A DNA stretch of 63,978 nt, the filler included, from Octopus bimaculoides (taxonomy: Eukaryota): assembly GCF_001194135.2 (NCBI RefSeq). It is 8 parts of 8 records of this genome, joined end to end, with 100 filler letters (N's around TTAATTAATTAA, not from the genome) between each part and the next. Parts side by side here need not be neighbours in the genome. Positions count along the whole stretch, not along the records: positions 22,581 to 28,276 come from NC_068996.1; positions 28,377 to 43,432 come from NC_069005.1; 6 more parts are not named here. One strand, written 5' to 3'. The position numbers and the translations under genes were made by a program. Under the pieces are notes generated by a model that saw nothing but the letters and a program-made list of their open reading frames with translations, was not told where the DNA came from and did not search any database. Positions 23,956-37,190 of the stretch are shown here, in pieces; the stretch's first letter is position 1; each line of letters opens with the position of its first letter.

Positions 23956-24863
23956 NNNNNNNNNNNNNNNNNNNNNNNNNNNNNNNNNNNNNNNNNNNNN
24001 NNNNNNNNNNNNNNNNNNNNNNNNNNNNNNNNNNNNNNNNNNNNNNNNNNNNNNNNNNNNNNNNNNNNNNNNNNNNNNNNNNNNNNNNNNNNNNNNNNNN
24101 NNNNNNNNNNNNNNNNNNNNNNNNNNNNNNNNNNNNNNNNNNNNNNNNNNNNNNNNNNNNNNNNNNNNNNNNNNNNNNNNNNNNNNNNNNNNNNNNNNNN
24201 NNNNNNNNNNNNNNNNNNNNNNNNNNNNNNNNNNNNNNNNNNNNNNNNNNNNNNNNNNNNNNNNNNNTATATATATATTAACATGATATTATGTATTTGT
24301 TGTGCTACAAATCAATTTTAAGAAAACTGATGATTGCAAATATCTCAGCCATGAAAGCTCCGTCCATTGGGGGAAAAAACAGGACGACAGAACCTGGTGT
24401 TTCTTTCATTTTTTATCGTGGCTTTAGAGGATGATTTTAGGGAGATTTGACTGCTTATTCTAACAGCTTAAGCGGAATTATAGAGGATTCGATTTTCCAT
24501 TGTTATGCCATCAGTTAAAAATACTACTACGAGTGCAAAATATATTTCTTAAAATGAGAAAATGGGTTTATCATATTCGTTAGTAGAAAAGTAGTGAACC
24601 GACTGAAGATAAAGAGAAAAGTGAATTTGTATAACAGAAACTGAAAGGGCAGTTGTTTTCTGGTCGTCTCATTCCCTGTTGTACCACTGGTGTAGTAGGT
24701 GATTCCGCTAAAATGTAGGTTCAGTGGTGTGCAGCCCTTAATCTAGTAAAAACAAATTCACTCACAGGAAATTCTGCACACTTCGAACGTTTAGAGAGTC
24801 ACCTTACTCGGTGACGAGTTGATTACTACCTCATATATGTATGTGTATATACATATATAATAC

Positions 24864-24902
<39 letters not shown>

Positions 24903-25676
24903 NNNNNNNNNNNNNNNNNNNNNNNNNNNNNNNNNNNNNNNNNNNNNNNNNNNNNNNNNNNNNNNNNNNNNNNNNNNNNNNNNNNNNNNNNNNNNNNNNN
25001 NNNNNNNNNNNNNNNNNNNNNNNNNNNNNNNNNNNNNNNNNNNNNNNNNNNNNNNNNNNNNNNNNNNNNNNNNNNNNNNNNNNNNNNNNNNNNNNNNNNN
25101 NNNNNNNNNNNNNNNNNNNNNNNNNNNNNNNNNNNNNNNNNNNNNNNNNNNNNNNNNNNNNNNNNNNNNNNNNNNNNNNNNNNNNNNNNNNNNNNNNNNN
25201 NNNNNNNNNNNNNNNNNNNNNNNNNNNNNNNNNNNNNNNNNNNNNNNNNNNNNNNNNNNNNNNNNNNNNNNNNNNNNNNNNNNNNNNNNNNNNNNNNNNN
25301 NNNNNNNNNNNNNNNNNNNNNNNNNNNNNNNNNNNNNNNNNNNNNNNNNNNNNNNNNNNNNNNNNNNNNNNNNNNNNNNNNNNNNNNNNNNNNNNNNNNN
25401 NNNNNNNNNNNNNNNNNNNNNNNNNNNNNNNNNNNNNNNNNNNNNNNNNNNNNNNNNNNNNNNNNNNNNNNNNNNNNNNNNNNNNNNNNNNNNNNNNNNN
25501 NNNNNNNNNNNNNNNNNNNNNNNNNNNNNNNNNNNNNNNNNNNNNNNNNNNNNNNNNNNNNNNNNNNNNNNNNNNNNNNNNNNNNNNNNNNNNNNNNNNN
25601 NNNNNNNNNNNNNNNNNNNNNNNNNNNNATATATATGTATGTATATATATATATATGTATATATATGTATGCATAT

Positions 25677-25736
<60 letters not shown>

Positions 25737-27429
25737 CTTTGAAAATAATAGTATTAACGATATCTTCGACGTTTTGGCCACCAAAGCCATCATCATCTCA
25801 TGCGGGTTCAACTGAGGGACACTTCGGAGTCACTGCCAATAGTATTCTAGTTGCAGAATAATACATTTTGCTCTCCTGAGATCTATTGAATAATCCTTCA
25901 ATTTAGTGTAAAATTGTGCTTATTTTAACATTAAAACAAATATCTATTTATGTCTATACTTTTATTCATATAAGCAGATATGCTAGTTCCAAAATTTTTC
26001 TAAGAGTTCAACGCAGTAGTTGTACTAACACGTAATGTTCGTAGCCACTTCAACATGGCTGTCCGTTCTAACGGATTTTGCTGCAATATTTCAATCCCAA
26101 GAGAACATCTCTAGCTGGTTAATGATGCACAGCTGCATCCGAGATATTGCGAGCAAGGGAGTGAACCCTTACCATCTTGTAGAGACGAGACCGTCAGACC
26201 GGCCTGGTTTCGGTTTATTTCTCTCCCTCTTCAAGCGACTGTATATCGCTTGAAGCTATATATATTGCGAGTAGAAGCAAGTTACTGCCATCTCTATAAG
26301 ACGAGATGTCCAGTACTGAAGAGCCCCTATCTGAGGGTTCGGCCTTTAGAAATAATAGTCAAATTTCATTTAACTCTTGTTATATTTCGAGATGGTCATT
26401 CTTTTTCTTGCCAAATAAGCACACGCACAATAGATTCGTTCTTCACTTCAGATATATTATTGTTCTTATTTTATGTCTATTGTCTAGAAATCTTCCGTCA
26501 CACATATTGTGACCTCATCAGCGACTCTGCATCCCACGTATCTCCTCATTTAAATGTTTGAAGAATATATAGACACATCGATTATTATAATCTGAGATAC
26601 ACGTCTGGAAAACAAAACGAATGAAAATATCTAGAATGTCCTTTTACCATACCTCTGATTAGAATTGACTTGGGTTTAAACAACTACGATTATAACAACA
26701 ACAATTTTGAGACGGCGGAGATATCATTAATCAAAAGCGAAGGGGTTATGTAAATGTGAAAGAAAATATATCCAAGTAGACAGTAATTGTTCAATAGGAT
26801 AGAATAAATTCACTGTATTTAATTTCTCCCAAACACCATCTGCATGAAAATATTTAAATTGCATTCAGTAATACGAAATGCTGATGCAGTAATGAATTAA
26901 AATCTAATTCAATTTAACTCAATGACAACTATTGCTTCAATCATTTCAACATGTCCGAGACTTGAACATGTTTCAATTTTACTAAATTTCTCTAGAGAAC
27001 CATATGCTTCACTGCAGTAGCCGTAGTAGCATTCATCATAAAGCATATGCATAATAGCGCATACCATTAGCCGTAAAAAATATGACCATATCTAAAACAA
27101 ATATCTTTAAATCTATAATGTTAATTACTTAGAAATGTGACTAGCACAAAAAACCTAAAGTGGAACTAGTTCCAAAATACTTAACATCACTATATTAAAT
27201 ACTACCACTGTAGTTGCATCACTACATTAAATATGCTAGCATTGGATTACTTTTCGGATTGATAGCTTGACTTCTTTGTTATTCGAGAGAGGCATAATAG
27301 CTTCAAAACTGCTGTTAAGAATGGTAAGTGATGGATATATTATTAAACATAGGCAGAATGATGTAAATCCTTTTCTCAATATTTGTGTCTTGAAACTCTT
27401 TTAGAAGAAAGGTGACCCCATAAAGCATT

Positions 27430-27800
27430 TGCCTACATCAAAGAATGGACTTAACGAAGATTGTGCGATGGGATTTAAAGTTAAAAGGTGTGTAAACGAA
27501 AAATATAATGCAATGTAATTAGATAAGATCATTAGATGATGAAATGATAAAAGACAATGGGTTCTGCAAACAGGAGGTTATATAAACACTCAGGCTTTAG
27601 AAAGATAGGTAAGCTAAAAGCAAATGACATGAAGGAGCGTTTTGGGAAGGAATACATCAGTAGGTTAAAATTAAAGCTAACATCAAAGATAAATGGTTAA
27701 TACAAGGATTTGACCATTAAAAGCTGAATGGTAATGCTTTTGAGAGAATGGTGTATAAAGAAGAGATTAACTTAGAATAGCAATATCCTAAAAATGACAA
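27430..27800 (+). mobile_element. Highly decayed R4/Dong RT fragment
   Basis: KANDMKERFGKEYISRLKLKLTSKING resembles MKEKI.KEY.RRLR.ILKSKLNG, with GYK.LG-like remnants upstream. Confidence 0.5.
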
Positions 27801-28221
27801 TATTTGCAGAACTTCACTTGTTTCATATATTCCGTAAAATGTAAGTAATGGATTAATTTAGGTGTGAAGAATGAATTTGCAAATTAAAATAGTATATAAA
27901 AGTGTGTTGATGTTTTAATTATTTTTCTTTTTGTATATAGTTGGATGGAGAAAGTTGTTGAATTGCTTGTACAAGTCCACCAGGACCGTTTTGGTCGATT
28001 CGAAAACAATTACATAAAAACAAAACTCTACAACAAAAAACCCCAAAAGAACATATAAAAGGAGGGAATTTTAAAGATTAGATATTATTGGGGCAAACAA
28101 TGGCCATTGAGGTTAGTATGGTTTCTGGAGCATCAATAGAATATGAATAACTCTAGATAAGACAAGAAGAATACATTTTCGAACGGGTATTTGGAATGTG
28201 TTGGTGGTGATATGCAAATAT

Positions 28222-28276
<55 letters not shown>

Positions 28277-29155
28277 NNNNNNNNNNNNNNNNNNNNNNNN
28301 NNNNNNNNNNNNNNNNNNNNTTAATTAATTAANNNNNNNNNNNNNNNNNNNNNNNNNNNNNNNNNNNNNNNNNNNNATATATATATATATATATATATAT
28401 ACAATGGGCTTCTTTCAGTTTCCGTCTGGTAAATTCACTCAAAACCTCCGTTCGAGGCTATAGTAGCAGACACTTGCCCAAGGTATCACACAGTGCAATT
28501 GAACTCAGAACAATGTGGTTGGAAACAACCTTCTTACCACACATCCACCCCTACATCAAGGGACCTCCGCTGCTGAATTTTTTGTAGCTTTTGTTCGTGT
28601 TGTTGTCGATAAATTTCCAATCAGATTTATGCCATCACCCCAATCTCCCCACTAACCTACAGATAAGTTCTGCAGATTATCCTATATTTGTGCTGTATCG
28701 ACTTTAATCGATTGCCGATCCCAAAGTTCGTTGTTACACTCTCCCGTAATTTGAGGTGGCATAACGAATAAGGTTTTACCTACCATAAATATGTATATAC
28801 ACAAAAATTCACGCCCATACATAAATGCATATATACATATGTATGCATACATACACATATGCGTGTTTGTGTGTTTTTGTGTGTGTACGTGTGTGTGTGT
28901 ATGTCTGTGTGTCTGTGTGTGTGCGTGCATTTATATACGAATACGTTTGAATTTATATATGCATTTCTCTCTTTTTCTACATAATTATTTGTGTGTATAG
29001 ATAGCTAGACAGAGAGAAATGTGTATATGTGTATGTGTATATGTGTATGTGTATATGTGTATAGATATATGTACATATATATGCATGTATATATATATAT
29101 ATGCATATGCATATATGCATACATATATATATATATATATGCATATGCATACATG

Positions 29156-29215
<60 letters not shown>

Positions 29216-29747
29216 NNNNNNNNNNNNNNNNNNNNNNNNNNNNNNNNNNNNNNNNNNNNNNNNNNNNNNNNNNNNNNNNNNNNNNNNNNNNNNNNNNNNN
29301 NNNNNNNNNNNNNNNNNNNNNNNNNNNNNNNNNNNNNNNNNNNNNNNNNNNNNNNNNNNNNNNNNNNNNNNNNNNNNNNNNNNNNNNNNNNNNNNNNNNN
29401 NNNNNNNNNNNNNNNNNNNNNNNNNNNNNNNNNNNNNNNNNNNNNNNNNNNNNNNNNNNNNNNNNNNNNNNNNNNNNNNNNNNNNNNNNNNNNNNNNNNN
29501 NNNNNNNNNNNNNNNNNNNNNNNNNNNNNNNNNNNNNNNNNNNNNNNNNNNNNNNNNNNNNNNNNNNNNNNNNNNNNNNNNNNNNNNNNNNNNNNNNNNN
29601 NNNNNNNNNNNNNNNNNNNNNNNNNNNNNNNNNNNNNNNNNNNNNNNNNNNNNNNNNNNNNNNNNNNNNNNNNNNNNNNNNNNNNNNNNNNNNNNNNNNN
29701 NNNTATATATATACATGCAGACAGACAGACATACATACATACAGACA

Positions 29748-29787
<40 letters not shown>

Positions 29788-29793
29788 GACATA

Positions 29794-31113
29794 CGAGGGG
29801 TGCTTAAAAGAAACCTGAATTTTGTAATATTATCTTACTTATTTAGTTTTACTTCTTTACACTTGTATCACCTTCACAGTATTCTCCATTTGAAGCAATG
29901 TATCGGTCCAGACATATTTTCCACTGTTGGAAGATGTGTTGGAACTCTTGAAAAATGATGCCTTTTAACTCCTCCGCCGCTTTTTTCTTCATTTGTTCTA
30001 CATGTACAGAACGTTTTCCTTTGAGGTCTTTTTTCATTCGGGGGAACAAAAGATATTGCAGAGAGCAAGGTAGGGTGAATAGCGAGGGAGGATAAGCGGG
30101 GTCCATGTGATCTTTTGGTCAAAAACTACCTCACACTCAAGGTGATGTGCGAAAGTGTATTGTCGTAATGAAACCACCACTTTCCACTTGGCCATTGGTC
30201 GGGGATTTTCGTCACGTCGCGTCTCGCAAACGCTTCAGAACTGCCAAGTAAAATGTCTGGTTAACAATTTGACCAGGAGGAACAAATTCTGTGCAGACAA
30301 TTCCTTTTGCATCAATAAAACAAACCAGCATCGTCTTGACATTGGACTTCACTTGACGCACTTCAGTGGGGCGTAGTGACATTGAATGCTTCCATTGACT
30401 TGATTGCTGCTTCGTTTCCGGGTCGCAGCCGTAGTACCAACTTTCGTCCCCAGTGACGACCTTTGAAAAAGGTTCGGATCAACTTCCAGCTGTTCTTTCA
30501 GTTCATGACACGCATTCAGTCGAGACTGCTTTTGATCTACCATGAGCATGTGAGACACAAATTTTGCTGCAACTTTTTTCATTCGCAACTCCTCGTTCAA
30601 AATTCGTTGGCAGGCGCTCCAAGACACACCAGTCATATCAACAAGTTTGTCAGTTGTTCGGTAACCGTCCTATAAGATAACTTCATGAATTTTCGTGATG
30701 TTCCCAATCGTTTGGGAGGTCGACGGCCACCCTGAACGAGGTTAGTATTCAGCGACAAGTGACCATTCCTAAAGTGTGGAAATTACTTGTAAACTTGTGT
30801 TTTGCCCATGGCAGCGTCCTTGTATACTGTTTGAAGCGTGGCAACTGTTTCGGCCACCATTTCCCCCAGCAGAAAACAGAAATTCACGGAAGCACGCTGT
30901 CCCTTCGTTTCAGCTATCGCAAAAAATCGACGAACAGGGGAGAAGCACTGCAAGACAAAGACGCACCACGTGGCAGTACGATCTCACTAAACGACACTAG
31001 TCGGCAGATTGATGCCAGAGGGTCGCACTGAATGGTTTCTAACGGCGGAAGCCTGAACTATGATGGGCTTCTCTCATAAAGAAAGTTTCCAGTTACTTTT
31101 GGGTACGCCATCG
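29794..31113 (-). mobile_element. Full-length decayed mariner (Hsmar2/irritans-like termini), 1320 bp
   Basis: Termini TA|CGAGGGGTGCTTAAAAG and, reverse-complemented, TA|CGATGGCGTACCCAAAAG. Transposase motifs across frameshifts: KKVAAKFVSH.L, VVTGDESWYYGCDPETKQQSSQWK, KSNVKTMLVCFIDAKGIV, LFPRMKKDLKGKR, QWKICLDRYIASNGEYCEG. Confidence 0.9.
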
Positions 31114-32019
31114 TATATATATACGTCGTTTTTTATATCCAGTTTGCAGGATTCTTCATATGAATTCGTGTGCTGAAATAAATTTTGTTGTGTCTAAGGA
31201 GAGTAATTATACCAATATTATTAACACACGCACTGGCTCAGTTGATGTAATTAATTGTTTTCTATCGAAGTCACTTTTCGAAAAACAATTTCTCAAAATA
31301 TCGTTTATAACACATTTCACTCATTTCGAAAAAAGTAATACACGTGTAAGCGTCTGCGTAAATTGTAAGTGAATTTCAACAAAATGGAAAAATAACGTTA
31401 GTTAAATTAATTTAAGATTAATTAGCTACTTCTGAAATAACAAATATAATATAGATATAATATTTTTGTTTTCAGAACACTCCAAAAATATAATAGTGCA
31501 AACAGATGTTTTGGATAAAAAATTCAAACTAACCGCCAGGCTGTTCCAAGAATTATGGCTAATTATAGCAGTTCTTGAGAACTGCTCTAGTTCCAGTCAA
31601 AAAGTGAAACCAGCTTAGCAACAATTCTGCACTAACAAAGAGACAGAGAGGGGGTGTCATGCAATTATCTCAAAGCATGACTTGCTACGATAAATTTGTC
31701 GAGTCACTGACAGAGAGAGGAAGGTGGTACAAAACACGTTTTAACAGGTCACTAAGAGAGAGAGAGGGGGGGGGAAGGAAGAACAAACTAACAGAGACAG
31801 ATAGGGAGTGTCTACATGCGGGTCTTCTCTAAGTATGCCTTCTCAAAGCAAAAGTGCTAGTCACTGAGTGAGGGGAAGGGGAGACAGAATATTTCGAAAA
31901 CAACTGGACGGATTTTCTTTGAAACAAAGTAAATATTTTATCTAATTTTCCGATGATATCGATAAAAATCACAGATCATGCAGCGCATACCTTGCATGCC
32001 TGAGAGTGCACGCCCCTGA

Positions 32020-32222
32020 TAATACTCTTTTACTCCTTTACTTGTTTCAGTCATTTAACTGCGGCCATGCTGGAGCACCGAGAAAATCGACCCCAGGACT
32101 TATTCTTTGTAAGCCTAGTATCTTATTCTATCGGTCTCTTTTTGCCGAACTGCTAAGTTACGGGGACGTAAACACACCAGCATCGGTTGTCAAGCGATGG
32201 TGGGGGGACATACACAGACACA

Positions 32223-32250
<28 letters not shown>
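32020..32250 (-). mobile_element. SINE family B tail (gap in the internal microsatellite)
   Basis: actcttttact...cagtcatttaactgcggccatgctggagcacc...taagttacggggacgtaaacacacc. Confidence 0.85.
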
Positions 32251-32254
<4 letters not shown>

Positions 32255-33675
32255 NNNNNNNNNNNNNNNNNNNNNNNNNNNNNNNNNNNNNNNNNNNNNN
32301 NNNNNNNNNNNNNNNNNNNNNNNNNNNNNNNNNNNNNNNNNNNNNNNNNNNNNNNNNNNNNNNNNNNNNNNNNNNNNNNNNNNNNNNNNNNNNNNNNNNN
32401 NNNNNNNNNNNNNNNNNNNNNNNNNNNNNNNNNNNNNNNNNNNNNNNNNNNNNNNNNNNNNNNNNNNNNNNNNNNNNNNNNNNNNNNNNNNNNNNNNNNN
32501 NNNNNNNNNNNNNNNNNNNNNNNNNNNNNNNNNNNNNNNNNNNNNNNNNNNNNNNNNNNNNNNNNNNNNNNNNNNNNNNNNNNNNNNNNNNNNNNNNNNN
32601 NNNNNNNNNNNNNNNNNNNNNNNNNNNNNNNNNNNNNNNNNNNNNNNNNNNNNNNNNNNNNNNNNNNNNNNNNNNNNNNNNNNNNNNNNNNNNNNNNNNN
32701 NNNNNNNNNNNNNNNNNNNNNNNNNNNNNNNNNNNNNNNNNNNNNNNNNNNNNNNNNNNNNNNNNNNNNNNNNNNNNNNNNNNNNNNNNNNNNNNNNNNN
32801 NNNNNNNNNNNNNNNNNNNNNNNNNNNNNNNNNNNNNNNNNNNNNNNNNNNNNNNNNNNNNNNNNNNNNNNNNNNNNNNNNNNNNNNNNNNNNNNNNNNN
32901 NNNNNNNNNNNNNNNNNNNNNNNNNNNNNNNNNNNNNNNNNNNNNNNNNNNNNNNNNNNNNNNNNNNNNNNNNNNNNNNNGTGTGTGTGTTTGCGTAAGT
33001 GGGTGTGAGTATATATATATATGTGTGTGTATGTTTGTGTGGGTGACTACATGCGTGCGTAAGTGCGTGTGTGTGTGCATGCACTCCCACACACATACAT
33101 ACATACAAGCACATATACGCTCACACAAATACACATTCACACACACCCCCGCACGCACAAGCACACACACGTGCACACATGCGTGCACAGACACACATAT
33201 ATACACACACACATTCACACGTACTTAGACAGAGATGAAAAAATAAGAGTTGAAGAATTTCCACAAACGAAGGAAAGTAGAAGGGAATATGAAATTTTGG
33301 ACCAATTCCAGATGATAATATTCTGTCAGAATTTTTCCAGACAGACATAGTTCAATGCTAACCTTAGAGTGTTAAGGTGACGAGTTCGAGCCCACCTTTC
33401 AGAGCAAACAAATCAGAGAAAATAGGTAAAAGAGCGGAAAGAAATGTAAAATGTAAACATAATAATGATTTATAAGTTAGACGAGAAATTCCAAATTTTG
33501 AGAAGTTTTAAGAAAACGGAAGGTTATATAGCAAGCTATGTATCATGCATAATGTATACACTCTCACGATGCACCAATTATTGTTGTTCATGTTATCAGA
33601 TAGCGTCTCTTTTGGACTTGTGTTAAAAACAAAATAAATATAAGATGATAATTCGTTCTAGTAGCGACGGTGTGC

Positions 33676-33718
33676 GCGCCAGATGCATTTCGGCTTTTAT
33701 GAGCCTTTTCAATTACGC
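33676..33718 (-). ncRNA. Decayed type I hammerhead ribozyme motif
   Basis: Minus strand: GCGTAA / TTGAAAA (core CTGAAGA with 2 transitions) / GGCT-CATAAA-AGCC / GAAA / TGCA / TC / TGGCGC. Stem II is perfect and stem III is the palindrome ATGCAT. Confidence 0.5.
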
Positions 33719-33999
33719 ATAATTACAACTATCCACAAGCTCGGACGAGAATTCGCTGCCTCTGATGTAGGAAAAACTGAATAAGATACTCACTGATGTT
33801 GCAAATAGCCGTCCGGCTGATTAGAAATCTGCTATATATATTTGAAGCAATATTTAAGTATAATAGCGATATATGTATCATACTTAATGTATACACATTG
33901 TCGATAGGACTTTGTCGATTAATTTTTTATCTTTAGAAGGATGAATGGTATACGGTACACTGATGGTGGGATTCGAAACTAAAAACTAATAGTATAAAG

Positions 34000-34328
34000 C
34001 AGTGGTTCTCAACCGGGTTCCATGTGAGATTTTTGATGGTCCACTCAAGTAAAATGGTAAACTGAGTACCCACAGTAGTAAGTTAAGGGTCCATGAAAAA
34101 AGTTTTGCTTTAATTGTATTTATTGCCAGAAAAAGTTAAATTTCTTTTTCTAACGTATTATTACATAGTTCTACCTCCGCAAGCTAATGTAGGAAAAATA
34201 AAGTAGGAATTTTGAAAGAAGTATCTATGAAACTAGTTTAAGAATATCGAATGGTTATGAGAGTCCACTATAGAACAGGATAGTAACCAAAAGCGATCCA
34301 TGGAGGAAAAAATGGTTGAGAATCACTG
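34000..34328. mobile_element. hAT (Charlie-like) MITE, 329 bp, with an 8-bp TSD
   Basis: TIRs CAGTGGTTCTCAACC (34000-34014) and GGTTGAGAATCACTG (34314-34328) match at 14/15. Flanks gtataaag (33992-33999) and gtataaaa (34329-34336) match at 7/8. Confidence 0.85.
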
Positions 34329-34435
34329 GTATAAAAGAATATTATTAAATAACACAATCTGTACTATCTGTGCTTACATTTCTTCGTCCTGTTAACATCA
34401 ACAGCAACAACAACGACAAAATAATAATAATAATG

Positions 34436-34514
<79 letters not shown>

Positions 34515-34689
34515 TGATGATGATGATGATGACGATGATGATGATGATGATGATGATGATGAGGTTAATTTATTTGCCTCAAGGGTGAAGGATGAGGGTG
34601 ACAATACAAAGACAGGCATAAAGTGTTCGGTTTTACATATAATAATGAAATGATAAAAAGAAAAAGACCACAATGACCAATACAAATAT

Positions 34690-35925
34690 CTCTGAAGAGA
34701 CGAATTGGCTAAAATACAACACAGAGAAATGAAAGAGGAAATTAAGAGAGAGTTTTACAGAAGAGTTAGACTAACATTATACACTGAACTCAGGGCTAAA
34801 AATAAGATAATAAGGGATAAAGACGGTAACCATAACAGTCATAAATTACAGCTTTAACATGATAAACTGGAAGATGAGTGAATTGAGAAACTTTGAAGAA
34901 TAACCAGAAAACTATTAACAGCCACTAAAGTCACAGCCCCAAAGCAGACACAGACAGAATATATCTACCCGGCTCAGAAGGAGGCCGCGGCTTGACACAG
35001 AGAGAGAACTACTATAATATAACAACAGTGGGACTAGGAAAGTGCTGAGAATCAAAAGGTGTAAGACTACTACATGTAATAAAGCAACACAAGAAAAACA
35101 TCGCTTTTTTTCTATGCACAAAGAAGCGACAAAATACAGAATAGAAACATACGACACTGATACATTGATCTCAGATGACAACAGAGTAGAAATGGTCAAA
35201 GAGACACAAAACAATATGGAAAGAGAACTACAAAACATACCAAAGAAGAAATGGAGAAAAATGCACTCCACGGTCAATATCCTACAAGGCTGGTAATTTG
35301 CAAAAACCTGGACCTGCCCCATGATAAAAACTAGTGGGAACAGAAACCACCTCCAGTGCTTGAAAATGATCACATCTCACTTCTCTGGAACTTCACCATT
35401 CAAACTGACAGAAAGATAGATGCAAATAGGCCAGACATTACATTGAAAGACTCCAGACAAAAATCATGCCTCTTCCTTGATATGACTGTCCCAATCGATA
35501 TAAATGTATCTTTCAAGACCTACCAGAAACTGAGCAAGTATAAAGATCTTGAAATGGAAATTAGCAAACTGTGGAACCTGAAGACTAAACCAATACTTGT
35601 TGTCATAGATGCCCTAGGAATGATAGCAAAAGGGGCTGATTGCTACCAGCTCAGATGTCAAAATGGCAGAAATTCAAAAGATAGTGCTCATGGGAACTGC
35701 CCATATCCTACGTAAAATACTGTCTATGTAATCTCAAGTTTTAAAACAAACTCATAATTTTTTTATGGTTTCTTAAACATTCTCTAGAACAACACTATGT
35801 ACTAAACTAAATATATGACACCCTAATCATAACACCAACATGAACTTCTAACTTGTTGTCTCTTGAGGTCTCTGGGTGAGACTTCGAGTCAACTTGTACA
35901 AATATAAAGCAGAAAGCAAACAAAT
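34690..35925 (+). mobile_element. 5'-truncated, internally deleted R4/Dong element ending in (TAA)n
   Basis: EMKEEIKREFYRRVRLTLYTEL; PKADTDRIYLP.SEGGRGL; LWNFTIQTDRKIDANRPDITLKD...FLDMTVP...KLSKYKDLEMEI..LW (PD-D/ExK endonuclease). The 3' UTR is followed by TAA repeats at 35923-35945. Confidence 0.9.
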
Positions 35926-35947
35926 AATAATAATAATAATAATAACA

Positions 35948-37190
35948 TCAGGTTGAGTAAAAAGTAAGCAGCGTTTTGAACCATAAAGAATTTGTACCGG
36001 ATTTCTGCAGTTTCCAATTTTTTAAAAAACGCTTTTTTTTTTAATTATCTGGTAATAAAGACATAAACTTGCCCAAATGCATCCATGAATTAACATAGGT
36101 ATATTTTTTTCACCGTTGTTGCAATCGTCAGAAATAGAACTGTCAAAATGCAATATTCGAGGAATTTTGTTATTCAACTTCAAAAAATGACGTAAAGCAG
36201 CTGAAACTGCTCGTGATATCAACGAAATGTTTGGTGAGGAAATGACCAGTGAGTGGTCAGCTCGAAAATGGTTTAAACGACTCCGTAGTGGAGACCTGAG
36301 CGTTGAAGATCGTGAGCGTAGTGGACGCCCATTTTTCATCGATGAAGGTCAATTAAAGACCGTTATTGAGAAAGATCCACGTAAAACTACTAGAGAACTG
36401 GCAAAAGATCTTCAAGTTAGCCAGAAAACTGTCGGCAACCATTTGCATGCGATCGAAAAATCAAAGAAGCTCGACAAATGGGTACCACACGATTTGAATG
36501 AAAATCAGAAAAGCGCAGATATGAAATTCGCTCGTCGCTTCTTCTCTGTAACCAGACCGATCCATTTCTCGACCGTAATGTAACTTGCGATGAAAAGTTG
36601 ATTCTGTACAATAATAAAAAACGTTCTTCGCAGTGATTGGACCGAAAATGAACCACCGAAAACCTTCCTTGAACCCGAGCACTTCAAAAAGGTTATGGGG
36701 ACTGGTGGTGTACTGCTGGACTCATCCAGTATCACTTCTTAAAATTCGGAAAAACATATTGCCTTGAAATTGCCAAAATGAGTGAAAAGCTGCTACTCCT
36801 CCGTCCCAGACTGGTCGGCAGAAGAGGGCCAATCATTGTTCATGACAATACTCGATCACATTAATGAAGCTCCAGAAGCTGAGATAACTTGGCTACGAAG
36901 TTTTTCCCTGCTTTACATATTCCCCAGATCTTTCTCCTACCGACTCCCACTTTTTCCACTATTTGATGGCTTCCTGCGATAGAAGGAGTTCAAAAATCGA
37001 ACCGATGCTGAAAGTGCATTCAAAGAGTTCATCAGCTCCAGAACTCTACATTTTGTGAACTTGTAACTCGTTCACAAAAATAAGTTGATTGTAATGGTAC
37101 TTACTTTGATGAATAAAATTCCCGCACTGCTGAAATATGTTGTAATGAATTTCATGTTTCAAAACGTTGCTTATTTTCTACTCAGTCAGA
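35948..37190 (+). mobile_element. Near full-length decayed mariner, 1243 bp
   Basis: Degenerate TIRs tcaggttgagtaaaaagtaagcagcgttttgaa and ttcaaaacgttgcttattttctactcagtcaga. CA/TA flanks. Motifs KAAETARDINEMFG, WFKRLRSGDLSVEDRERSGRP, WVPHDLNENQK, VTCDEK, SPDLSPTDSHFF. Confidence 0.9.

Noticed and set aside
24790-24830. GTCACC-TTACTC-GGTGAC hairpin with flanks loosely like a hammerhead core
   Set aside because: The core matches only 4/7 and GAAA 2/4, with no stem I.
26310-26360. Plus-strand CTGAAGA plus hairpin
   Set aside because: The hairpin consumes core bases and GAAA is misplaced.
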